This document shows, in pieces, positions 9,201-16,601 of a DNA stretch of 64,000 bases. The stretch's first letter is position 1; every line of letters begins with the position of its first letter. The position numbers and the translations under genes are program-made. The notes under the pieces were generated by a model. It was not told the origin of the DNA and ran no database searches. It worked only from the letters and a program-made list of their open reading frames with translations. The DNA is from Myxococcales bacterium (lineage in GTDB: Bacteria > Myxococcota_A > UBA9042 > JABWCM01 > BTVJ01): NCBI GenBank assembly GCA_045863395.1, contig BTVJ01000001.1, positions 96,001 through 160,000 of the forward strand. Direction: 5' to 3'.

Positions 9201-11759
9201 GTCGTCACAGGCGGTACCGTTCGGCACCGCCACGCCGCACGCTCCCGTGGCGAGGTCGCACACGTCCACGGTGCAGGGATCGCCGTCGCTGGCACAGGTC
9301 ACTGCGGTCCCGGCGCACACGCCTGCGGAGCAGGTGTCTCCAGACGTACAGACATTGCCGTCGTCGCACGCCGCACCCTCCGCAGCCGGCGCCCCACAGG
9401 TACCGGTCGCCCCGTTGCAGATGTCGCTCGTGCAAGGGTTACCGTCGTCACCGCAGGTGACAGGGGTCCCGGCGCAAGCGCCGGCGCTGCACGCATCCCC
9501 CGTGGTGCAGAGGTTGGCGTCGCTGCATACGGTCCCGTTCGGAAGCGCGAGTCCGCAGCCGCCTGTCGCGGGATCACAGACGTCGCTGGTGCAGGGGTTG
9601 CCGTCGTCCGCGCACGCCTTGGGGGCACCATGGCAGGCGCCAGCCTGACACACGTCGGACACGGTGCAGACATCACCGTCGCTGCACGCCGTGCCGTTGG
9701 CAACGGCTGTGCCAGCGCAGGATCCGCCGGTGCAGGCGTCTCCTGCGGTGCAGGGGTTGCCGTCGTCGCAAGCGCCGCCCTCACCGACCCCAGCACCCGC
9801 ACACACGCCGGCCGTGCAGGCGTCGTTCGCCGTGCAGGCATCACCGTCGTTGCAGGTGGAGCCATTCGGGAGCGCCGTGCCAGCGCACACGCCAGCGCCG
9901 CACACGTCGAGGGCCGTGCAGGAGTTGCCGTCGTCACAGGAGGTCCCGTTGGGCGCCGGCACACCACAGGCGCCCGTGGCCGGATTGCACAGGTCGAGGG
10001 TGCACGGATCGCCGTCAGACCCGCAGCCGAGAGCAACGCCCTGGCACACCCCAGCGTTGCACACGTCATTGACCGTGCAGAGGTTCCCGTCGTCGCAGAG
10101 GGCCCCGTTCAGGGCCGTGACGCCACATGCGCCGGTCTGCGCGTCGCAGGCGTCCGCGGTGCAGGGGTTGCCGTCATCGCCGCACGTCGCCGGGATGCCC
10201 TGGCACGCGCCTCCGATGCACACGTCTCCCGAGGTACAGGCGTCCGCGTCCGTGCAGGTCGTCCCGTCCCCGGCCGCTACACCGCAGGCTCCGGTGTCCG
10301 GGTTGCACACGTCAGTGGTGCAGGCGTTGCCGTCGCTGGGGCAGGACTTTGCGGTACCGGCGCAAGCTCCAGCGGTGCACAGGTCGAGGACGGTGCAGAG
10401 GTCTCCGTCGTCGCAGGCCGTGCCGTTGACCACGGGCGAGCCAGCACAGAGGCCGGACTGGCACACGTCCCCCTGCGTGCACCCGTTGTCGTCGTCGCAC
10501 GGAGTCCCGTTGGGGTTCACCCCACCGCCACTGCACGTGCCAGCCTGGCAGGTGTCGGTGGTCGTGCACGAGTTGCCGTCGTCGCAGGACGTCCCGTTCG
10601 CCACCGGCGCACCCGCGCACCCCCCGGCGCCGCACGCGTCGCTGGCAGTGCACGGGTTGTCGTCATCGCAGAGCGTCCCCGGCGCGGCGGCCCCCCCGCA
10701 CGCGCCGGTCACGGCGTCGCAGGCGTCAACTGTGCACGGATCCCCATCGTCCGGGCAGGACTTCGGAACACCGGCGCACGCGCCCGCAGTGCAGGAGGTG
10801 AGCAGCGTACAGGGGTCACCGTCGTCGCACGCAGTGCCGTCCGCAGCTACCGAATTGCAGGCGCCCGTCGCCGGGTTGCACGTGTCCTGGGTGCAGGGGT
10901 CACCGTCATCGGAGCAGGTGGTCAGGGCGCCCACACACGCGCCGACCTGGCAGGTGTCGCCCGTGGTGCAGAGGTCCCCATCGTCACAGCCGGTCCCATT
11001 CGCAAACGGGAAGCCGCACGTACCACTGGCGGGGTTGCACGCATCCAAGGTGCAGGGGTTCCCGTCGTCAGCGCACTGGACCTCGACGGCCTGACAGGTT
11101 CCGCCGACGCAGGTGTCCCCGGTCGTGCAGGTGTCGCCATCGTCGCAGGTCGCGCCCGACAGAGAGACCCACCCGGTGGGGTTGGTCCCCGGCACACACT
11201 TCTCGCAGGTGTTCGTTGGGTTCAGCGCATCAGCCGCGACGCAGTCGCCACCGATGGCGCAGCCGCCAGGACACGAGCAGGCGTTGATGGCGGTCGGGAA
11301 GGACAAGGGATCCAGCGGATCGGTCCCATTGGCGATCTCGCAGGTGTCCGGGTAGGTGTCCCCGTCATCGTCCTCGTCGCAGCCGTTGTGGAGGTCGTCC
11401 CGGTCCGGGTCCGCGACCGCGATGAGCCCGTTGATCCCCTCATCTGAGCTCAGCTTGTAGAGGCGCAGCAGGATGATGCGCTGGACGTCCGTGACGTCCA
11501 GCTTGCCGTCGCACTGAAGATCCGCGTCCGCGTCGCTCACCGCCTGGCAGACGGGATTGGGATCCCCCTGGGCCTGCGTCAGAACAGCGCCGATGTAGCA
11601 GTTGATGTCGGCGACGTTGACCAGCTCGTCGAGGTTGATGTCTCCCGAGTGGAGAGGGAGCGGGGCCGCAGAAGCCGTCCCTACGCCGAGGGTCCCCGCC
11701 AGGATCGCCGCCGCGGCGAGTGCCCTCCCCCACGTTGAACACCCACCGTCGGAGCTCAT
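3240..11759 (-). CDS. Giant secreted protein (2839 aa): dockerin-like domain, TSP3-like Ca-binding segment, ~2500-aa Cys-rich repeat stalk, C-terminal cohesin-like domain
   Basis: SPI-type signal (ALAAAAILAGTLGVGTASA-A) with no lipobox; GDINLDELVNVAD...ADLQCDGKLDVTD duplicated Ca-loop; DDDGDTYPDTCEIANGTDPLDP; very long CDDGxxCTxxDxCxxGxC array; terminal SGDQGETVECPIRL...ALQFNMHYD domain. Start overlaps the upstream stop (ATGA). Confidence 0.9.
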   Translation of the reverse strand: MSSDGGCSTWGRALAAAAILAGTLGVGTASAAPLPLHSGDINLDELVNVADINCYIGAVLTQAQGDPNPVCQAVSDADADLQCDGKLDVTDVQRIILLRLYKLSSDEGINGLIAVADPDRDDLHNGCDEDDDGDTYPDTCEIANGTDPLDPLSFPTAINACSCPGGCAIGGDCVAADALNPTNTCEKCVPGTNPTGWVSLSGATCDDGDTCTTGDTCVGGTCQAVEVQCADDGNPCTLDACNPASGTCGFPFANGTGCDDGDLCTTGDTCQVGACVGALTTCSDDGDPCTQDTCNPATGACNSVAADGTACDDGDPCTLLTSCTAGACAGVPKSCPDDGDPCTVDACDAVTGACGGAAAPGTLCDDDNPCTASDACGAGGCAGAPVANGTSCDDGNSCTTTDTCQAGTCSGGGVNPNGTPCDDDNGCTQGDVCQSGLCAGSPVVNGTACDDGDLCTVLDLCTAGACAGTAKSCPSDGNACTTDVCNPDTGACGVAAGDGTTCTDADACTSGDVCIGGACQGIPATCGDDGNPCTADACDAQTGACGVTALNGALCDDGNLCTVNDVCNAGVCQGVALGCGSDGDPCTLDLCNPATGACGVPAPNGTSCDDGNSCTALDVCGAGVCAGTALPNGSTCNDGDACTANDACTAGVCAGAGVGEGGACDDGNPCTAGDACTGGSCAGTAVANGTACSDGDVCTVSDVCQAGACHGAPKACADDGNPCTSDVCDPATGGCGLALPNGTVCSDANLCTTGDACSAGACAGTPVTCGDDGNPCTSDICNGATGTCGAPAAEGAACDDGNVCTSGDTCSAGVCAGTAVTCASDGDPCTVDVCDLATGACGVAVPNGTACDDGDQCTVADVCTAGVCGGAPKTCADDGHECTADECDPATGECYPPAANGTACDDGDACTADSCSNGVCVGAPVANGSPCDDDNLCTTGETCTAGVCGGGSGVPDGSPCDDSNSCTVGELCTGGTCGGGATLPNGASCNDGDACTHSDQCQGGSCGGVILTCADDGNPCTVDVCNASTGSCGQWAGDGSSCSDGDACTTGDVCLSGACQGGSVFCAPDGDPCTVDACVSGSCGAPAPNGTTCDDGDLCTSSDACTGGTCGGLAVICPDDGDACTSQTCQGGTCGLPVPNGGPCDDGNPCTADACVGGVCISTPLANGTSCDDGDACTTGDMCAGGACIGTGVGNGNPCDDGNPCTAGDVCSGGACAGTVVSNGTSCTDGDLCTTGDQCLGGACLGTPKTCADDGNGCTVDACNPMTGACGVAAADGTACDDGEICTYLDACSSGSCGGAEAGCSAECTASCVPGDCTAPGSNGTACDDGNPCTLNDLCQAGVCSGTLKTCGDDGNSCTQDACNPATGACGVALPNGTSCDDGNTCTTDACQAGVCVGAPLANGAPCSDGDACTGGDTCQGGACQPGAPILGSCDDGNPCTINDTCVAGACAGTVVPNGTVCSDGDACTLGDTCSSGTCSGAPKTCGDDGNACTTDVCDSVTGLCGVAVEDGTACDDGDLCTVGDLCVAGTCGGAPKSCANDGNPCTDDVCDAATGACGVARPNGTSCNDSNACTSGDACVAGTCNGVAVVCGDDGNECTTDACNPATGTCGVPVAELTPCAGGDSCSTWSCSAGICAFEAPGPDGAGCDDDNACTSGDQCLGGSCLGTPLYAGGCDDGDTCTLNDACVGGACVGQAVPNGTSCDDGDLCTVADACVAGACTGTLKSCANDGNPCTDDVCNGATGACGVAVTNGSPCSDGSTCTYLDACSGGTCAGTSVTCDDDANPCTTDQCNPANGTCGVGLPDGSGCSDGDLCTVSDVCLGGACGAVAVTCSSDGNACTTDTCNPASGLCGIAVEDGAVCSDGAACTVNDACVSAECAGTATECPDDSNPCTVEACNTGSGACGLPAANGTACDDGNPCTTGDACAAGACQGTPVACADDGDPCTSDVCNPGTGVCGAPAADGIACDDGDVCTVLDTCSGGVCGGTPKTCADDGNPCTTDACDPSSGACGVAVVNGTPCDEGGPCVIEACQAGSCTVTGNQDGASCDDEEACTTGDTCSGGLCAGTPLADGSTCDDGNPCTSSVGSCASGTCEATALADGTACDDEDSCTIADACSAGTCVGLEKTCASDGNPCTSDVCNPATGGCGVLAEDGSSCDDAAACSTGDVCVAGVCAGAVVGCADDGNPCTADTCDAGTGVCGVPVTDGTACSDGDSCTIADQCIGGTCSAAPVICPDDDNPCTLDSCNEQGQCGVPAANGSACDDGNPCTTDSCLDGVCVSETVSDGTVCDDGNGCSGNDLCMQGVCTGLAVPNGSPCDDENACTAGDTCSMGTCSGSAVANGTACSDGDLCTTADMCTGGVCGGTPKSCGSDGNPCTTDVCNPQTGACGVALVDGTLCEDGSPCTNLTTCTAGVCSGSLVTCGTDDNTCTVDVCNPVSGACGLNAANGNPCTDGEACTSGDACLNGVCTGAGATCEPQGNPCVLDLCDAVTGLCGVLAPDGTLCDDGDACTTGDVCFAGACVAANASGTSCDDGDLCTTGDACSGGACVGSAVTCADDGSACTQDVCNPLTGSCGLPTADGGACDDGNPCTTGTTCVGGTCGGGTTTTCADDGDPCTVDACNPATGLCGVAAADGAPCDDGEQCTVPDACTGGVCSGPTYEACTDPQAGLTCLLSGDQGETVECPIRLARSSIGAPVPTALQFNMHYDGTKAVISHFNDGEKCFVPTVCVPWDIPTNFSSLQSGHAVSLSPALGSWVTGGSVVLSNSSDPTAPLATGYFDNGVVVDDDIVFTAVFTLAEAVSASTPVEVTMDNVVASDASATGLPVEILNLVIKTSP
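3780..11160 (-). repeat. Coding Cys/Asp/Gly-rich tandem repeat array (Dictyostelium-type [12 protein letters not shown] units, ~25-27 aa each)
   Basis: Alternating units CDDGDxCTxxDxCxxGxCxG and CxDDGNPCTxDxCxPxTGxCG, diverged at DNA level. Confidence 0.9.
11460..11645 (-). other. Dockerin-like domain (two F-hand Ca-binding loops, each followed by a helix)
   Basis: Residues 39-100: GDINLDELVNVADINCYIGAVL...DADLQCDGKLDVTDVQRIILLRL match the GDxNxDGxVxxxD duplicated dockerin pattern. Confidence 0.75.
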
Positions 11760-12412
11760 CGGGCGCCTCCCGTCACGATGACGCCAGCCTCGGTCCTCGC
11801 CGGGACTGCCGCCGCGTCCTGATCCGCCGCCACCAGCGCCGTCGCCGTCACGACGACGGGGGAGGACGCCGGCGCCTCACCGGAGAGCCGGAACCGTGCG
11901 GTGGCCACGACCGCGTCACCCTCGACCGCGCCGCTCCGAAGGACGGCCTGCGTGATCGGCGTCGTCGGGCTCGTGAAGTGGGCGATGACCAGCGACCCCT
12001 TGCCAGCCCAGGCCTCCGGCTGGTCCGGGCTCTGGAGCACGCTGTGCCCCGTGCGCGCGACGACCGGCTCCTCGGCAGTCAAACGACGCTCGGCGGCTCC
12101 GGCATCGAACAGCCCGATGAAGGTGGCGCGGGCGCTGTCATACCCGAGCGTGAGCTGGAGCGCGCGAGCGGCGACCGTGTCCGGCACCGCGGCGAGGCGC
12201 ACCGGGCAGGACACCACGGCGCCGGCCGCACCGGAGAGCTGACAGATGGCGGCGCCGGACAGGGGCGCCACAGCCGCAGGGCTCGTAGGAACGACGGCCT
12301 CCGTGGCCGTCGCCTCCGTGGGCTTCTCAGGCGCCTTGGTGGTCTGCTGGGTCCCCTCGCAGCCCACGATGGTGACGCCGAACACGAGAGACAGTGCGAT
12401 GAGCTTCTTCAT
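11756..12412 (-). CDS. Small lipoprotein: Pro/Thr/Ala linker plus single cohesin-like domain
   Basis: MKKLIALSLVFGVTIVG-C lipobox; TTKAPEKPTEATATEAVVPTSP linker; ICQLSGAAGAVVSCPVRLAA...ALQLTLGYD domain; GGAGG RBS. Confidence 0.88.
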   Translation of the reverse strand: MKKLIALSLVFGVTIVGCEGTQQTTKAPEKPTEATATEAVVPTSPAAVAPLSGAAICQLSGAAGAVVSCPVRLAAVPDTVAARALQLTLGYDSARATFIGLFDAGAAERRLTAEEPVVARTGHSVLQSPDQPEAWAGKGSLVIAHFTSPTTPITQAVLRSGAVEGDAVVATARFRLSGEAPASSPVVVTATALVAADQDAAAVPARTEAGVIVTGGAR

Positions 12413-12440
12413 GGGGGTCCTCCCGACGGTGGTTCGACGC

Positions 12441-15400
12441 CTACTGCGCCCAGGTGACGATGATTGCGTTGATGATCTCGGAGACCAGGGTGGCTGCCTG
12501 CCCGTCCGCGCTTACCAGGTTGGTCAGCTCCACCTGGGCCGGGTTGCCGGCCGCGACGTCGCTGAGGAGCTTGAACTTGACGCGCACCATCTCGGGTTCG
12601 CCCTCGATGGCGCCCGCCTCGATGTACGCGTTGCTCAACGGCACGGTGGGATCTGACGTGTTGACGATGACCACCGCTCCGGATCCCTTCCAGTCCGCTA
12701 CCTTCGTTGGCGCGATGGACACGGAGTGCCCCGTCGAGAGCGGCGTCGAGCCAGGCCCGGTGACGGGTGTCTCGAAGCACCCGAAGCCCGGGAAGCACAG
12801 CTCGTCATAGAAGTTGTCGAGCTGAAGGACGGTCTCGTCGTAGTCCACCGCGAACTCGATGCCCGTCGCGGGCGGATCCGCCTCGGTCTCGCGCGCAACG
12901 CGAACCGAGCAGGTGACGATCTCGCCCGTCGATCCTGACAGGTCGCAGACGAAGCCCGGCGGGGCCCCGCACCCGGGGTGGGGACCACCCGCAACGCAGA
13001 CGCCGTCCTGGCACTGGTCGTCTTGGGTGCAGGGGTTGCCGTCGCTGCACGGGAGCGCGCTCAGCGGGATGTGGTAGCACCCGTCCAAGGCATCACAGGC
13101 ATCTGCGGTGCACGCATTGCCATCGTCACAGAGCTGGTTCTCTGCCAGGTTGACGCACGTCCCCTGTGCCGTGCAGGAGTCGACGGTGCAGGCGATGCCG
13201 TCGTCACAGTTCACCAGTGGCCCTGCGGTGCATTTGACCCCGGCGCACGTGTCGTTGGTGGTGCAGGGGTTCCCGTCGTCGCACGCAGCGCCCGGCGCCT
13301 TCACATACTGCTGGCAGCCCGCCACCAGGTCGCAGATGTCGTCGGTGCAGGAGTTCCCGTCGCTGCACGCCAGATCGTCCGGCACGAACACGCACCCAAG
13401 GACCGGGTCGCAGGTGTTGAGCGTGCAGGCGACCCCATCTGCGCAGTTCAACGACGTCCCGGGCTTGCAGCCGCCCGCCACGCACTTCTCGATGCCGGTG
13501 CAGACGCTGCCGTCGTCGCAGTCCGCGTCGGTGGTGCAGTCGAGGCTCTCGACCAGGCACTCGGGGCTGCACCCATCGTTGGGCAGCTCGTTGCCGTCAT
13601 CGCAGTCCTCCCCGGGATCGGTGAAGCCGTTGCCGCACTCCTCGTTGGACGTGCACGACGCGTTGCACCCGTCGTCGGAGAGCTCGTTGCCGTCGTCGCA
13701 GGCCTCACCGGGGTCCACAAAGCCGTTGCCACACTCCTCGTTGGAGGTACACGACGCGTTGCAGCCGTCGCCGGAGTCGTTGTTGCCGTCGTCGCACACC
13801 TCGCCGCACGCGAGGTCCTCGGTGCCGTCGCCGCAGTAGGGCGCGTCACCGGCCTGACAATAGAGACTGCCGGCGTCGCAGGTCTCCGCCCCATTGCAGG
13901 GGTCCCCGTCATCGCAGAGGGCCGCGGCCGCCGGGATGCACCGATCCGTGGGCGCTGACACGATGAGGCCGTCCTGTACCCAAGTGTGCAGCTCCGCGCC
14001 CGCCGTGCTCCAGGACGTGACGTTGTGCAGGTAGACGAACACGGGCGCCTCGACCGGGATGTCGATCTTCGTCGACATATGGAGGGTGAGGATCTCCGGG
14101 TCGCCCTGGACGGCGCCACCGGCGAGCCACGCCTCCGTCAGTGGCGACGCGGGGTCGCTGACGTTGGCCAGATGCACGTCCACGTTGCCGAGCCAGTTCG
14201 CGGGGCTCGCGGGCGTCAAGCTCGCGGTGTGCCCGCTCGGAGAGAGCTTGTTCGGCGGAACCGCCGCAGCGACGCAGCTCGCCCCGAAGCACACGGTGTC
14301 GGTCATGCCCTGCATCTTGAGGCTGGCCGACTCGAACTGGAGCACGAAGTGGAGGGTGCCGGGCAGTGGCGTCCCATCATCGAAGCGGGCGTGCTTGATC
14401 GGACAGGTGATCGACGTGCCCGTCGGCCCCGCCACGGCGCACAGGGCCGCTGCGTCCAACGCACAGCTCGGGAGGAGGGCGCCGGGGGTACAGGCGCCAG
14501 CCGCGCACACGTCGCCCTGGGTGCAGGGGTCCTTGTCGTCGCAGGGCGCAGTGTTGAACGCGGTCGTGCACGCGCCGGTGACCGCGTCGCATGCGTCGTC
14601 GGTGCAGGGATCCCCGTCGTTGCAGACCTTGGCGACGCCGCCACACGCCCCGTCCTTGCACGTGTCCTGGGAGGTGCACGCGTTGCCGTCGTTGCAGGGG
14701 GCGGTGTTGGGCGTGTAGATGCATGCGCCGTTCGTCGGGTTGCATGCGTCGTTCGTGCAGGGGTTGCCGTCGTCGCAGGCGGTCGAGGTCCCGGGCGTGC
14801 ACTCCCCTGCGGAGCAGACGTCGTCGGTCGTGCAGGGGTCGTGGTCATCGCAGGGGGCCGTGTTGGGCGCCGTGGTGCACCCCCCGGTCGCAGGATCGCA
14901 GGAGTCGTCCGTACACGGATCGTCGTCGTCGCACACCACGAGGGGCACCCCGAAGCACGCACCCGTTGCAGGGTCGCAGGCCTCATCGGTGCAGGCGTCG
15001 CCGTCGTCGCAGAGGACCGCCGCGAGGTGGGCGCACGCCCCGGTCGCAGGATCGCAGGCGTCCGTGGTGCACAGGTTGCCGTCGTCGCAGTTCAGGGTGA
15101 TGGGCGTGTTGGAGCAGTTGCCCGTCGCCGGGTTGCACGAATCGGTGGTGCAGAGGCTTCCGTCGTCGCAGTCCTTCTCGGGACCGGCCGTGCAGACGCC
15201 GGCCTGGCACGCGTCCCCCACGGTGCAGCCGTCCCCGTCGTCGCAGGCCAGGCCCGCGGCCGCATCGCTGAGCACGCACTGCCCGCTCGACGGGTTGCAC
15301 GCCACGGTCTTGCAGGCGGGCGGCGCCGCGCAGTCGACGATGGTCGCCGTGTCGAGCACGCAGGAGCCATCCTGGCACTTCAGGGTCCCGTTGCAGAGGT

Positions 15401-16220
15401 TGCCGTCCTCCTTCGAGGCGCAGTCGGCCGTCGTGTTGCACTCCCCGCAGATATCGGGGCCCGCCTTGCAGGCGCCCCCCTGGCACTGGTCGGGCCCCGT
15501 GCAGGCGTCGCCGTCGTCGCAGGCCGCCACGTTGTTCGTGTAGACGCACCCCAGGTCCGGGTTGCAGGCGTCGTCAGTGCAGCCATTGTCGTCGTTGCAG
15601 GCCTTGGGTTTGCCAGCGACGCACGCGCCGGCGTCGCAGTGGTCGTCCTCGGTGCAGGCGTCGCCGTCGTCGCACACCGTGGTGGTGGGCTCGTTCACGA
15701 CCCGGCAGGTGCCCTCGTCCTTGTCACAAGACGCGGTCTGGCAGGGCCCCGACGCCTTGCTCGCACAGTCCGCGTCGGTGGTGCACTCCGGCGCATCTGC
15801 CTTCTTCTTGACGACGACGGTCACCTCGTCGACGTAGTCGGCGCCGTCAAAGGGCACGCCCTCACTGCGCAGGGCCTGCACCCCAAGAGTGTGGGATCCG
15901 AGCGGGACGGCGGCGAAGGTGTAGGTGTGGCCCGTCGCCAGCGTGGCCACCTCGACGCCGTCAAGGGACAGCGACAGCAGGGGCCCTCCGTCGGCCAGCT
16001 CCAGCCCGAGCACCTGGAGCTCGGCGACGATGTCGACGGTGTCGGTGGTGGTCTCGAAGACCTCCCCCGCCGAGGGAGAGAGGAAGGAGACGGAGACGGT
16101 GCCACCGCCTGCGTCGGCGTCACTCGTGGTCTGCACCACCGAGTCGTCCGAACAGGCGGCGAGCGCCAGCAGCGCGCTCGCCCAAGCCGACATCCATGTC
16201 ATCCTCGCCCGACCGATCAT
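12441..16220 (-). CDS. Lipoprotein (1259 aa): Ig-like domain, Cys repeats, cohesin-like domain, Myxococcus Cys-rich repeats, Cys repeats, second cohesin-like domain
   Basis: ATG 16220 with GGGAGG RBS; lipobox LALAA-C; cohesin-like domains at ~13953-14444 and ~12444-12950. Confidence 0.88.
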   Translation of the reverse strand: MIGRARMTWMSAWASALLALAACSDDSVVQTTSDADAGGGTVSVSFLSPSAGEVFETTTDTVDIVAELQVLGLELADGGPLLSLSLDGVEVATLATGHTYTFAAVPLGSHTLGVQALRSEGVPFDGADYVDEVTVVVKKKADAPECTTDADCASKASGPCQTASCDKDEGTCRVVNEPTTTVCDDGDACTEDDHCDAGACVAGKPKACNDDNGCTDDACNPDLGCVYTNNVAACDDGDACTGPDQCQGGACKAGPDICGECNTTADCASKEDGNLCNGTLKCQDGSCVLDTATIVDCAAPPACKTVACNPSSGQCVLSDAAAGLACDDGDGCTVGDACQAGVCTAGPEKDCDDGSLCTTDSCNPATGNCSNTPITLNCDDGNLCTTDACDPATGACAHLAAVLCDDGDACTDEACDPATGACFGVPLVVCDDDDPCTDDSCDPATGGCTTAPNTAPCDDHDPCTTDDVCSAGECTPGTSTACDDGNPCTNDACNPTNGACIYTPNTAPCNDGNACTSQDTCKDGACGGVAKVCNDGDPCTDDACDAVTGACTTAFNTAPCDDKDPCTQGDVCAAGACTPGALLPSCALDAAALCAVAGPTGTSITCPIKHARFDDGTPLPGTLHFVLQFESASLKMQGMTDTVCFGASCVAAAVPPNKLSPSGHTASLTPASPANWLGNVDVHLANVSDPASPLTEAWLAGGAVQGDPEILTLHMSTKIDIPVEAPVFVYLHNVTSWSTAGAELHTWVQDGLIVSAPTDRCIPAAAALCDDGDPCNGAETCDAGSLYCQAGDAPYCGDGTEDLACGEVCDDGNNDSGDGCNASCTSNEECGNGFVDPGEACDDGNELSDDGCNASCTSNEECGNGFTDPGEDCDDGNELPNDGCSPECLVESLDCTTDADCDDGSVCTGIEKCVAGGCKPGTSLNCADGVACTLNTCDPVLGCVFVPDDLACSDGNSCTDDICDLVAGCQQYVKAPGAACDDGNPCTTNDTCAGVKCTAGPLVNCDDGIACTVDSCTAQGTCVNLAENQLCDDGNACTADACDALDGCYHIPLSALPCSDGNPCTQDDQCQDGVCVAGGPHPGCGAPPGFVCDLSGSTGEIVTCSVRVARETEADPPATGIEFAVDYDETVLQLDNFYDELCFPGFGCFETPVTGPGSTPLSTGHSVSIAPTKVADWKGSGAVVIVNTSDPTVPLSNAYIEAGAIEGEPEMVRVKFKLLSDVAAGNPAQVELTNLVSADGQAATLVSEIINAIIVTWAQ
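13548..13836 (-). repeat. Three Myxococcus-type cysteine-rich (myxo_disulf) repeats
   Basis: CG[DN]GxxDxGExCDDGNxxxxDGCxxxC repeated three times. Confidence 0.8.
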
Positions 16221-16601
16221 GCGGTTCCTCCCGTTGGTGGCCAGCCACTGGCCGTTGCAGAGCCCCTGATCGACCACCAACGGCCGCCCTGGTGCTCTGC
16301 GCCCGACGCGACACACCAGCAAGCCGGACCCGGGACAACCCTCGCGGGACTGCCGGTCCTGGTCGTCGGGCGAACGGACGCTCAATGCCGATCCCTAGCT
16401 CTGTTCGACCCTCCCAGTCAACGCCAAACATCCACGCGGCCATCGGGGGGGGAGGACGCTGTCACCCGTCCGAGGGCATCGATGGCGCTCCGGACCGCGG
16501 CCCAAGCGCACTTCAGCGTCAGGGGAATCCGTTGAGGCCCCCCCTGGTTTGTGCTACGGTCCGCGACCCTGGGCGGGAGCAACGGAAGTGATCGAGGGTT
16601 C

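Noticed and set aside
3780..11160. Eukaryotic contamination or recent transfer suggested by Dictyostelium-like repeats
   Set aside because: No introns, bacterial RBS and coupled stop/start junctions, lipoboxes in neighbouring genes, and GC similar to the flanks. Such repeats are common in myxobacteria.
1..16220. A true cellulosome
   Set aside because: No glycoside hydrolase, CBM or SLH domain is recognisable in the window; only the assembly modules are seen.
39..16535. Many long plus-strand ORFs (e.g. 8754-11447, 13986-16535, 6780-8642)
   Set aside because: Antisense shadows of high-GC, repeat-rich minus-strand genes, with SSQ/VQ mirror patterns and no protein motifs.
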